From Ignavibacteriales bacterium (GTDB lineage: Bacteria > Bacteroidota > Ignavibacteria > UBA10030 > SZUA-254), in the NCBI GenBank assembly GCA_016214905.1, contig JACRMQ010000007.1, positions 328,965 through 392,964 on the forward strand: 64,000 bases of DNA. The letters are read 5' to 3'. This document shows, in pieces, positions 12,346-21,837 of the stretch. Each line of letters begins with the position of its first letter. Position 1 is the stretch's first letter. The translations under genes and the position numbers were made by a program. The notes below the pieces were generated by a model, which worked only from the letters and a program-made list of their open reading frames with translations, had not been told where the DNA came from and did not search any database.

Positions 12346-14529
12346 TTATTTTGTTTGAAGTATAAAAAGTCCGTTCCAATTTTCAGGAGGAGGTGATTTT
12401 TTATAAAGATAGGATCGCTCGATGTATAACTGAGATGGAAAATCATCAGCGACTATTTGTAACACGTTTTCAAATCCTTTAATCGCATCATCAAATTCTC
12501 TCCGACGATAATGTGTCAATGCCTCGGTATACTGTTTAACCAACTGCAATTTTTCTTCAGGTAATGATTCCCCCACCAATCCAATAAGCTCATAAACTCT
12601 TATCGGTTCACTTTTACCCATCACAACTAGAAGATCTAATTCGCGGACGATAATTTTATCTTTTACATACTGATAAGTATTTTCGCTTATCATGATATTG
12701 GATTTATATTGTTTGTTAGCGCCTTCAAGGCGAGCACCAAGATTAACACTATCTCCGATAATCGTGTAATCAAACCGCTCGGCACCCCCCATGTTACCAA
12801 CCACAACCTCACCCGTGTTAATACCAATCCTTACACGAAGATCCGACTTCCCTTCGCGCAGCCATACTGGTCTGAGTTCTTCAAGCCGGCGTTGCATTTG
12901 TACGGCGGTTCTGCATGCGCGATACGCATGATCGCTCTGAGGGATTGGCGCTCCCCAAAACGCCACAATCGCATCTCCTTCATATTTATCCAGCGTGCCG
13001 TTATTCTCAAGCAGTATCTTTGTCATCTCGCTAAGATAATCATTCAATATCGTTACAAGGTCTTCCGGACGCATTTGCTCCGACATTTTCGTGAAGTTTT
13101 CTATATCGCTGAAGAATATTGTCAACTCTTTTCGCTCACCGCCAAGCCGCAACTTTTCAGGGTCTGCTATCAATTCGTCTACAACAGTCGGATTTACATA
13201 CTGACTGAACATCCCTTTTATCATTACCTTCTGCCGCCGTTCAACAGCATAATAATACACTATACTTCCGATATAACTTAATATCACAGCCGACAAAGCG
13301 CTTGTCATTTGCACAAGATAGTTTTTTTCAATGAATAACCATGTTGAAATAACAATAATTATATACAGCAAAGAAAGAATAAGGGCTACTCCCAGAATAT
13401 CGATAAGAACGCTAAATTTTATTTTAATTGTTTTCAACCCGGCGATAAAAACAAACGTGAACAAACTTAATCCAATTACCAGAGTAATTGTGATCAGTAA
13501 TGGCTGTGGAATAATAAAATTATTATCAATAATACTTTGAATGACATTCGCATGAATTTCGGCACCGCTCATTTTCTCGAACGGTGTGGGGAAAATATCT
13601 TTCTCTTCGGCAAGGGAAGGACCTGCGCCGACTATGACAATTTTATCTTTAAATGTGCCGTTCGTTAAATAACCGTCCGGTTCATCGAATGTGTTTGTTT
13701 CCAAGCCGGGAAATTCTACTTCTTCTCTCGTCTTAAAATCTTTATCGTCGATAACCTGTTCAAACGGTACACGCGGAAATGTACCTGATCCGCCATAATA
13801 GTTTATTAGGAATGTTGAGTTTTTGTATTTTGGAATTTCCTTATCGAAATATTTAAAAGCGGGTATATTCCCGCCACCGGTTAATGTCGGTGCGATGTAC
13901 ATCGCGGGCAATTGAAAATATTTGTTCAGCACCGCCATCGAAAAACTTGGTAGACTTGTTCCCTGATTTTCATCGTAAACGCCCGGGAAATATTCTCTAA
14001 CTGTTCCTTCGAGGTCGGTTATGACATTTACAATTCCGAAGTTAGAAAATCTGCCGATGAACCGGTTGCCGTACTGTGGCTCGGCAACTCGTATTGTATA
14101 TTGCGTGAGGTCGGACTTTACTTTTCCCGCCAGTACAACATTTCCTTCTTGATTGATGATATTCTGAAATTCGTTTTCTTCTTGAACATGCAAACGGCTG
14201 CGCGATGAGAACAGGATGTCAATCGCAACAACTTTCGCTCCCGCACGGTTAAGATTCCGGACAAGCCGGTTATAATATGAAATTGGGAACGGATAATCGT
14301 CGGGCAAAGATTTAAATGTGCTTTCCTCTATTTCAACTAGAATAACATCGTTATTTTTTTGAATATCTTTGTTGACCGGTTTTTGGCGGAAGCGGTATGT
14401 GATTAAATTTTCTTCGAGTGTTTTTACCGGATCAAGCTTGGTCAAGAATAAAACAACAATAGCAACAACCATGCTTATACTAAGTTGCAAAATAAATAAA
14501 CGAAAAGGTTTTGAGGTTCGAAATGCCAT
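12346..14529 (-). CDS. CHASE2-domain class III adenylate cyclase
   Basis: N-terminal TM, GAKVVAIDILF and SGAEIHAN (CHASE2), three TMs, then FSDIENFT, DKYEGDA, RIGINTG, DYTIIGDSVNLGARLE (ATP-specifying Lys/Thr). ATG 14529 preferred over GTG 14550. Confidence 0.93.
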   Translation of the reverse strand: MAFRTSKPFRLFILQLSISMVVAIVVLFLTKLDPVKTLEENLITYRFRQKPVNKDIQKNNDVILVEIEESTFKSLPDDYPFPISYYNRLVRNLNRAGAKVVAIDILFSSRSRLHVQEENEFQNIINQEGNVVLAGKVKSDLTQYTIRVAEPQYGNRFIGRFSNFGIVNVITDLEGTVREYFPGVYDENQGTSLPSFSMAVLNKYFQLPAMYIAPTLTGGGNIPAFKYFDKEIPKYKNSTFLINYYGGSGTFPRVPFEQVIDDKDFKTREEVEFPGLETNTFDEPDGYLTNGTFKDKIVIVGAGPSLAEEKDIFPTPFEKMSGAEIHANVIQSIIDNNFIIPQPLLITITLVIGLSLFTFVFIAGLKTIKIKFSVLIDILGVALILSLLYIIIVISTWLFIEKNYLVQMTSALSAVILSYIGSIVYYYAVERRQKVMIKGMFSQYVNPTVVDELIADPEKLRLGGERKELTIFFSDIENFTKMSEQMRPEDLVTILNDYLSEMTKILLENNGTLDKYEGDAIVAFWGAPIPQSDHAYRACRTAVQMQRRLEELRPVWLREGKSDLRVRIGINTGEVVVGNMGGAERFDYTIIGDSVNLGARLEGANKQYKSNIMISENTYQYVKDKIIVRELDLLVVMGKSEPIRVYELIGLVGESLPEEKLQLVKQYTEALTHYRRREFDDAIKGFENVLQIVADDFPSQLYIERSYLYKKSPPPENWNGLFILQTK

Positions 14530-14536
14530 AGGAGGT

Positions 14537-16993
14537 TTAAATATCGGCACGGAGTGTGAATGTCCAGATAATATCTGTCTGATTTGCCGGCATTCCGGTT
14601 ATTTTATTATTGAAATAGAAATTCAGCGAAGTTTGGGCGCTTAGATATTCGAGAAAATAATACTGGCCGCTTGTTGCCAGTAAGATTCTCTGTAAGCTGC
14701 CAAAGGTTGGACTAAACGATCCGCTCAAATTGAGTTTATTCGCTAACATTTTGTATTGACCGTTGACGTAAAGCGTTGTATATGTTACATTGTTTTCTGT
14801 TCCGCGGGAAGAATAATATTTGCTCGAGTTGACATTGATATTAAATATGGTTTGTAGAGGAATATCAAACGTGGAGACCACGCTCAAGCCGAGCGATAAA
14901 TTTTTCGTGTCGAAATTTCGGGGAGTGTTATCATCATGCACAGAAGTACTGAGATTTAGTTGTGCATTATGTTCGATTATATAAGAAAATCCTTTTTGAA
15001 GTTGAATAATAAATCTGTTTGTACCTTCACCAACAACCGCAGTTGTGTCGGTATTCGGTAAATCATTTAAATTCGTTGATCGGAGAAACGCAATCGATAT
15101 GTTCGGGATAGATATTGAAGCAGGATAATAACTGACACCTGCGTTTATTGTTGAAAAAGTTGTCGTTGCTGGTTTAGAAAATGATGTGTTGTCCTGAAGT
15201 CGTTCATAACCACCAGAAATAAATAACCTGTTATCCAGCAATCTCAACCGATCCGATAATGAATATCCCTGAACATCCGTTCGCAGGAAAGATTGACCGA
15301 ACGATTCATACCCGTCTCCGTGACGAAGATAAGTTAACCGAAAGTTGTTATTAAAATAATTCAACTTCAAACCTGTTTCATAAGAGAGGGTTGGAAAATG
15401 TTTTATGTTCAGCGGAATTAAATTTTCGTTCACAGTAATGATGTTTTTAACCAGATCGCGGATTTTCCGCATGTCGTCTCGTTCTTTTTCGTCGCTGTCT
15501 GCAAAAAGACTATCGATATCCGAATCGTTGAACGAACCGTTAGTTATATCATTGTTTGTTGCACTGAAGGCAACCTGCCCGGTTAATTCAAAATTATCCC
15601 GGTCAATTGACACATTGAGATCTGAACCGAAGACAACATTTTCCTGAGGTCTGGCGCCGAACAAAATTGAAGTTGGATCGTCTTTCGATTTCAGATAGCT
15701 GATTCCCCAATGAGAGCCGTATCTGTTTCCGAAACTTGGGCGAACCGCCATAATATCCCGCGAAAAAATACCCGGTTTAACTTTAACCCAACGCGCAAAA
15801 CCGTTAAGTGAATCGTAAAAACGAAATACGGCTGTCGGGTCTGATTGCTGTGATTGATTCAATAAACTATCTAAGATTGGCTCACCTATGCTGCCTTCAA
15901 CCCTTCGTGTGATGGCTCCCTTCACAAAGTCGAGATTGAATTTATTGAGCGTGAGATTTGTGAAGAATCCGCGAACTCGCTTACCGTTCATTACCAAATC
16001 GGGAAAAACCGGAAATACATCTCCGTAACCGATTTTCAACCAAGGTGATTCTCCGATAATATGATATCGATTTTGCGGTTGGCGAATGGCACGTTCTTCG
16101 TTCGTGTTGTACAGAAAACCTCTTACTTCAAATTCTTTATATGAACCGTTTGCCGATAATGTGGCTCGATTGTACGGAGTAGTTCTATCAGAAATATGTT
16201 CCTGTCTGGTTTCAAGTTGAAGGAAAGCGCCATACCGCCAGGGAGAAATAACAAATGTATCTTTCATCCCTGGACTCACAGGACCTTCCAGTGTGAATTC
16301 CCAAGAATAAGATAATTGAGTAACACCCATGCTGTCAATAATTTCAACTCTTACTTTGTGCCTACCGGGTTGTATACCAATAAGGGCGTTTTGGGGACGA
16401 AGAACAACCAAATCACCGTAGCGTATAATCAACGCAGATAGATCGGTTTCATCGAATATTATTTTTAAAGGTAACTCTGATACAGTAGTATCAAGGTTAG
16501 CGAGTGAGAATGATATTAATAATTCATCAGACCGTAAAACCTCATCACGATCAGGGCTAAGCACAATCAATTTATAATCAATCGATTCAACAGATTCGAA
16601 ACTAATTTTTAACGGTTGAGATTTTGGATTTTCGACGGGGTAGGTTTCCGGTTCCGGACGTCCATCAATTGTAATGATAAAATAATATTCAACAAACGGC
16701 GGTTCAATTACCTCTCCCGGGAGTAAGATGGTCGCAGTTGTACCGACCAGTGACATTTCGTTCTGTTTGAATTCCTGTTCACCAAATCTTCTGAATGCGA
16801 TTTCGATTTTTTCCACTTTACTCGACTGAAAAAAATCAACCTGAACCGATAAAGGCATTCCTGTTTGTGGAGTTCCGATGACGACCTTTGAAACAGTACC
16901 GCTAATTTGTGGAACTACCGGATTGGATATTACTATAGTCAGAATTCCTAACAGCCAGAACCTTGTCCAGCGCAAGCCAAATATTCTTTTCAT
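14537..16993 (-). CDS. Large secreted protein: N-terminal Ig-like domains plus predicted outer-membrane beta-barrel
   Basis: Signal peptide; amphipathic beta-strand pattern through the C-terminal ~500 aa ending WTFTLRADI. Confidence 0.65.
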   Translation of the reverse strand: MKRIFGLRWTRFWLLGILTIVISNPVVPQISGTVSKVVIGTPQTGMPLSVQVDFFQSSKVEKIEIAFRRFGEQEFKQNEMSLVGTTATILLPGEVIEPPFVEYYFIITIDGRPEPETYPVENPKSQPLKISFESVESIDYKLIVLSPDRDEVLRSDELLISFSLANLDTTVSELPLKIIFDETDLSALIIRYGDLVVLRPQNALIGIQPGRHKVRVEIIDSMGVTQLSYSWEFTLEGPVSPGMKDTFVISPWRYGAFLQLETRQEHISDRTTPYNRATLSANGSYKEFEVRGFLYNTNEERAIRQPQNRYHIIGESPWLKIGYGDVFPVFPDLVMNGKRVRGFFTNLTLNKFNLDFVKGAITRRVEGSIGEPILDSLLNQSQQSDPTAVFRFYDSLNGFARWVKVKPGIFSRDIMAVRPSFGNRYGSHWGISYLKSKDDPTSILFGARPQENVVFGSDLNVSIDRDNFELTGQVAFSATNNDITNGSFNDSDIDSLFADSDEKERDDMRKIRDLVKNIITVNENLIPLNIKHFPTLSYETGLKLNYFNNNFRLTYLRHGDGYESFGQSFLRTDVQGYSLSDRLRLLDNRLFISGGYERLQDNTSFSKPATTTFSTINAGVSYYPASISIPNISIAFLRSTNLNDLPNTDTTAVVGEGTNRFIIQLQKGFSYIIEHNAQLNLSTSVHDDNTPRNFDTKNLSLGLSVVSTFDIPLQTIFNINVNSSKYYSSRGTENNVTYTTLYVNGQYKMLANKLNLSGSFSPTFGSLQRILLATSGQYYFLEYLSAQTSLNFYFNNKITGMPANQTDIIWTFTLRADI

Positions 16994-17067
16994 AACGGGC
17001 AAACCGATACTTATTCCTGATTATTTTACCGGAAGCAAGATACAAAATTTAAGAATAATCTGCTTGG

Positions 17068-17781
17068 TTATTCTTTGTAATCAAGTTTTAAGGTTTTTTT
17101 TGTACCTTTGAGATCTTTCATCTCTATTTTCAATTGACGGCGTGATTCATCCGTAGATGCAAATCGAACGGCATCCGCAAGTTCGCTCTCAGTTGCTGTG
17201 CGCATTTCGACAGTCCCGTCATCGTTCGAGAAGCCGATGAATCCGCCTTCCAGTTCCACTTCGTTATTTGATAATCGGTTTTTCAATAACACTTTTCCTT
17301 CGATCAAAATGAGCGTGTCAGAATGTTCACTCCTGCACCACTTTCCTTTTGTTCCTCTGATAGATGCCACTGAAGTCGGTGATGTTAATTGGAACTGTTG
17401 ATTGTTTTTTTGTTTGGTGACATCGAAACCAATTCCACCCCTTTCCAAAAATGCTTCTTTCATGGTAGAGTTTCTTAGACCGCCGCTTTTAATAGTTAAT
17501 ACTGCTTGTTCACGTACACGAATTATACTATTATCTTCCGTAAACTTTACCAGAGCAAACGCTTTGCGGCCTGTTTTTAATTTATCTTCCGGAAATAATG
17601 GCGTGCTAATTTGCGCTTTCTCCGTTTTTCCTTCTTGTGTAACTTTTTGTACGTCGTTATATGCCTTCTTGACGATGGCAACGCCGTTTGATTCTCCTGC
17701 AATTAAATTGAGTAGCGGTGCGAGTAGAAATACCATCGTACCGATTATTTTAATCGTTTCAGAAAAATATATCCGTTTCAT
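17068..17781 (-). CDS. FecR-domain periplasmic protein
   Basis: Signal/TM N-terminus; DKLKTG...ALVKFTEDNSIIRV and FQLTSPTSVASIRGT FecR motifs; AAGGAG RBS. Confidence 0.85.
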   Translation of the reverse strand: MKRIYFSETIKIIGTMVFLLAPLLNLIAGESNGVAIVKKAYNDVQKVTQEGKTEKAQISTPLFPEDKLKTGRKAFALVKFTEDNSIIRVREQAVLTIKSGGLRNSTMKEAFLERGGIGFDVTKQKNNQQFQLTSPTSVASIRGTKGKWCRSEHSDTLILIEGKVLLKNRLSNNEVELEGGFIGFSNDDGTVEMRTATESELADAVRFASTDESRRQLKIEMKDLKGTKKTLKLDYKE

Positions 17782-17808
17782 ATTCGATCTCCTTCGAGAC
17801 GATAATTT

Positions 17809-18921
17809 TTATTCAACATTTAAATTCATGTCAACTGCATCGGATTGTAATTGCCGCAGCAGTTTCAGAAGATCATCTTTCGATAAAGATGTTCCGTCAA
17901 GCAATCCGTTATCGAAAGTGAATTTAGATTTTTTTAACGAAGCAATAAGTTCGGGATATTGTTTACCGAACATTTCTTCCAACATTCTTAAAACATCATC
18001 AATGGATTTATCCTGAGAATTTTGATCGCCGGCACCGCCGACCTGAACTTCGTTTGATACATAAAATAATCCGATCGGACTTGATACTTCTATCTCAGAG
18101 CCCGCTGGTCCGGCTGTTTTGCTAACTACCCGCCAAACATATGTTTTGCCCGATTCGAGCGGACGACCACCGCCATATAAAAATGAATTTGTCCCTGCGA
18201 TCTCAACCTTGTTCATCGGTGGTTCTTGGATTATCGCATCTTCGCGCGATTGTTCGGATCGAAGCTCCGCAACTGTCAACTCGGCTTTAACTCCGTCGTG
18301 ATAAAATTCAAATAGCGGAAACGGTGATGTTGTTTCACCGTCTAACGGCGTACGCAAATCAACACGCGTAGGATTTTCCAAATTTAACTCGCCCACCGGA
18401 GGCTTTGATGAAACAACACCACACCGGGTGTTTGTTAATGTAAAGTTAAACGAATATTTACCGGCCGGAAATTTTCCGGTAGCCATCGCGACATCTTGTA
18501 TATTCACCCGAACATCATCCTTGTTGGGAGTTTCTTCTGAATTTAAGCGGTACTCTGCTCTATTCAAGTCCATGTTCGTCAGCATAAGAGTCCCCGGGTT
18601 GATAATCAAATTATCATGCGAAAAAATATAAGCCGGTTCGTATCTTTTGCCGCTTGCCAGTTTAATGTTTACCGTAAGTGTAAGTTTTGCAGTGACAGGG
18701 AATGTAGATTCGTTCTTTATCCGAAGAGTAAATAAGAGGGTTCTACTTTCAAAATGTTCAAAATCGACATCGGAAATGGTCAACTGTTGAATATCGGCAT
18801 ATGAAACCGAAAATTCGGAAATTGGACAATCCGATTGAGCCCGTACATTTTGATTTAGTGAAAAAAGAAAGATGCATATACAAATTGTCAGCATCTTTAA
18901 AAATAAATTTTTGTTCTTCAT
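17809..18921 (-). CDS. Secreted beta-rich hypothetical protein (TANFOR-like/Fn3-like)
   Basis: Signal peptide VRA-Q; FPAGKYSFNF, LRTPLDGE..PLFEF, LESGKTYVWRV; AAGGAG RBS. The domain call is from recall of motifs only. Confidence 0.6.
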   Translation of the reverse strand: MKNKNLFLKMLTICICIFLFSLNQNVRAQSDCPISEFSVSYADIQQLTISDVDFEHFESRTLLFTLRIKNESTFPVTAKLTLTVNIKLASGKRYEPAYIFSHDNLIINPGTLMLTNMDLNRAEYRLNSEETPNKDDVRVNIQDVAMATGKFPAGKYSFNFTLTNTRCGVVSSKPPVGELNLENPTRVDLRTPLDGETTSPFPLFEFYHDGVKAELTVAELRSEQSREDAIIQEPPMNKVEIAGTNSFLYGGGRPLESGKTYVWRVVSKTAGPAGSEIEVSSPIGLFYVSNEVQVGGAGDQNSQDKSIDDVLRMLEEMFGKQYPELIASLKKSKFTFDNGLLDGTSLSKDDLLKLLRQLQSDAVDMNLNVE

Positions 18922-19051
18922 AGCAACTCCTTGGATGATACTATGATGTTTAAATATTTTACAAATTATGTTCTGTACTCATTATTTCAATTAAGATAAT
19001 AAACAGATTATCCGTTAAATATAAAAATCATGTGTGGCTCGAATCACGTCA

Positions 19052-20365
19052 TTAAAATCTTACAATATCGTTATATATGACAAAAACCATAAAAATCAAT
19101 AAAAGGATAAAACCCGCCTGCTGTATTACAATCTTCACCTTATTCGGGATCTCTTTTCCCCTTATTTTCTCTATGAGGAAAATCATAAGGTGACCTCCAT
19201 CGAGGGCGGGAATAGGTAATATATTTAAAATTGCCAGACTCATGCTTAATTGTGCCATGAACCAGATAAACATCGAGAATCCGTACTCAGCACTCTGAGT
19301 GGCAAGCTGAGCGATCGCTATAGGACCACCAAGCGAATCGCGCATCGATGTTTTGCCTGCAAATATTTTACTGAATGTCAGATAAAAGAGATATACAGAT
19401 TCTTTCACATCGTTCAATGCGATGGTAAAAGATTGAAAAACAGAATATTGAATTCTCTTCGAAGGACCGACATAATGACTGCTTAGCCTGACGCCGATTC
19501 TACCTTCAGGTGTAACAGTGATAGTATCTGTTAAAATATTCTGAGCGCGTTTCCATGTGATTGAAATATTTTTTCCGGCATTACTTCGAATCATTGATAC
19601 CGCTTCAATCTGATTTACTTTTTTATCTCCCACACCGATAAGCGTATCACCAGGCAACAAACCAAGCTTGCCTGCGGGTAGACTCGATTCTACCCCGTCG
19701 ATGACTGTTGCTGTATGCGCCACAAGTAATCCGGGCGTGGAATCGGACATTGCTGAAACTTTTAACTGTGGTATGTTGAGATGTATTTGTTGACCGTTAC
19801 GATCAATAACCAGATCAATTTCATTACCCGCATTCTTTACATAGAGTAAGTTTTGAACTTCATCCCAATGAGTTACATTGTCACCGTTTATAGATAGAAT
19901 TCTGTCTGCCGGAAGTAGACCCGCTTTCTCAAAAGGAGAATTGTGAAAAACGTATCCAACCTGAGTCGTCTCGGCGGTATAAGAACCCTGCGAAAAGTGT
20001 AGTCCCCAAAAAATTATTAATGCGAGTAACACATTCATTATCACTCCGCCCGAAATAACAATTGTTTTTGCCCATAAAGGTTTTGAACGAAACTCCCATG
20101 GCTCAGGTTCTTTGGTCAAAAAATTTGTATCCATGCTCTCATCAATCATACCTGCAATCTTAACATATCCGCCTATCGGTATCCACGAGAGGCAATAATC
20201 TGTCTCACCAATTTTTTTCCCGAATGCTCTTGGAGGAAAACCGATTGAAAATCTGTCAACACGCATACCCGTCAACTTAGCGGTGATGAAATGCCCGAAC
20301 TCATGAATAAATATCAGCACGCCAAGTGTGATTGCGGTATAAAATAACATATTGATGATTTGCAT
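19052..20365 (-). CDS. rseP: RIP metalloprotease RseP
   Basis: HEFGH, two PDZ domains, NILPIPALDGG. Confidence 0.97.
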   Translation of the reverse strand: MQIINMLFYTAITLGVLIFIHEFGHFITAKLTGMRVDRFSIGFPPRAFGKKIGETDYCLSWIPIGGYVKIAGMIDESMDTNFLTKEPEPWEFRSKPLWAKTIVISGGVIMNVLLALIIFWGLHFSQGSYTAETTQVGYVFHNSPFEKAGLLPADRILSINGDNVTHWDEVQNLLYVKNAGNEIDLVIDRNGQQIHLNIPQLKVSAMSDSTPGLLVAHTATVIDGVESSLPAGKLGLLPGDTLIGVGDKKVNQIEAVSMIRSNAGKNISITWKRAQNILTDTITVTPEGRIGVRLSSHYVGPSKRIQYSVFQSFTIALNDVKESVYLFYLTFSKIFAGKTSMRDSLGGPIAIAQLATQSAEYGFSMFIWFMAQLSMSLAILNILPIPALDGGHLMIFLIEKIRGKEIPNKVKIVIQQAGFILLLIFMVFVIYNDIVRF

Positions 20366-20380
20366 TTAAGAATCCTTTGG

Positions 20381-21535
20381 TTATCGTGTAATACTTAATA
20401 CAACATCTCGCGCTGCTCGATCGGTTTCTTCGATATCGGAGAGTGTTGGTTTACAAACGCACTTAATTTTATCCAGTGCTGTTGATATTACGGTCGGAAT
20501 TTTGTGAAATGGAAGTTTTCCGGAGAGAAATTTTTCAACAGCGACTTCATTCGCGGCATTCAAAACCGCAGGCATTGTGCCACCAATCTTGATAGCATCA
20601 TATGCGAGCTGAAGGCATCTAAATTTCTTTTTATCCGGTTTAAAAAATGTCATTTGCCCCAACGAAAAAAAATCCACTGTTGCATTGTTCGATTTGAACC
20701 GTTGGGGGTATGTTAGTGCATACTGAATTGGTATCCTCATATCTGGAACACCAAGTTGTGCTTTTATTGAACCGTCAACAAATTCCACCATCGAGTGTAT
20801 GATTGATTGAGGATGAATAAGGACATCGATTTTTTCAGGTGGTAAATTAAAAAGCCACCGCGCTTCAATAACCTCCAAACCTTTATTCATCATTGTTGCG
20901 GAATCTATGGTTATTTTACTCCCCATGCTCCAATTCGGATGGTTTAGCGCTTGCTTGATTGTTATCTTAGAAAAATTATTCTTGGTGGTATTTAAGAACG
21001 GACCGCCCGATGCGGTTAATATTATTCTGTTTACATTTCCGAAACTTTCTCCGATTAAACATTGCATAATCGCGCTGTGCTCACTATCGATAGGTATCAA
21101 AGATGCGTTGTACTTTTTAACCATCGGCATAATTAATTCACCTGCCACAACGAGTGATTCTTTGTTTGCCAGCGCTACTGTTTTTCCATGTTTGATCGCC
21201 TCAAGGGTTGGGTGTAAACCTGCAAATCCCACCAAAGAATTAATTACAATATCTACATCCTTGGCGGAAACAATATCTTTCAAACCGTCTGTTCCGGATA
21301 AAACCCTTACGGAGTTTTTCAGTTTTTGCCGGAGCGATTTAGCCGCTATCTCATCAAAAACCACAACCGTTTTAGGATGGAATTTCATAATCTGTTTTTC
21401 AAGCAGATTAATGTTGTTTTTTGTACCCAGCGTCTGCACATTGAATTTGTCGGGGAAACGGGCAATAACATCAAGACTATTGGCCCCGATCGAACCTGTC
21501 GATCCTAGTATGCAGATATTTTTTTTCTTCGCCAT
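20381..21535 (-). CDS. dxr: 1-deoxy-D-xylulose-5-phosphate reductoisomerase
   Basis: LGSTGSIG, LANKES, PIDSEH, HPNWSMGSKITIDSATMMNKGLE. Confidence 0.99.
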   Translation of the reverse strand: MAKKKNICILGSTGSIGANSLDVIARFPDKFNVQTLGTKNNINLLEKQIMKFHPKTVVVFDEIAAKSLRQKLKNSVRVLSGTDGLKDIVSAKDVDIVINSLVGFAGLHPTLEAIKHGKTVALANKESLVVAGELIMPMVKKYNASLIPIDSEHSAIMQCLIGESFGNVNRIILTASGGPFLNTTKNNFSKITIKQALNHPNWSMGSKITIDSATMMNKGLEVIEARWLFNLPPEKIDVLIHPQSIIHSMVEFVDGSIKAQLGVPDMRIPIQYALTYPQRFKSNNATVDFFSLGQMTFFKPDKKKFRCLQLAYDAIKIGGTMPAVLNAANEVAVEKFLSGKLPFHKIPTVISTALDKIKCVCKPTLSDIEETDRAARDVVLSITR

Positions 21536-21837
21536 AAAATAAGATGCCCCTAATTATGGGGCAATATTTATTTCAAGTTAACAAAATCTGAGCTTGAAAA
21601 CAAACACCAGTCTACCGACATTGCTAAGGATAGTAGTAACGCCGGATTTTGTCGATTGTTTTAGCATCTCGGCGAATTTTTTTGACATTCATTCTCTTCA
21701 TTAAATTGCGCTTATAGGTATAGATCATCCTAAAAAATATATTTTGGGATAACATCCGAATTGATCTTGGTAGAAAATTGATCAAGAAATAATAACTTTA
21801 TTAATGTCTCATTAAAGTTATTCTTAGAACGAGTCAA

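Noticed and set aside
21577..21701. Short minus-strand ORFs (25 and 36 aa) and AT-rich inverted repeats in the dxr-dnaB gap
   Set aside because: No RBS or recognisable motif; compatible with chance in AT-rich DNA. An sRNA cannot be excluded.
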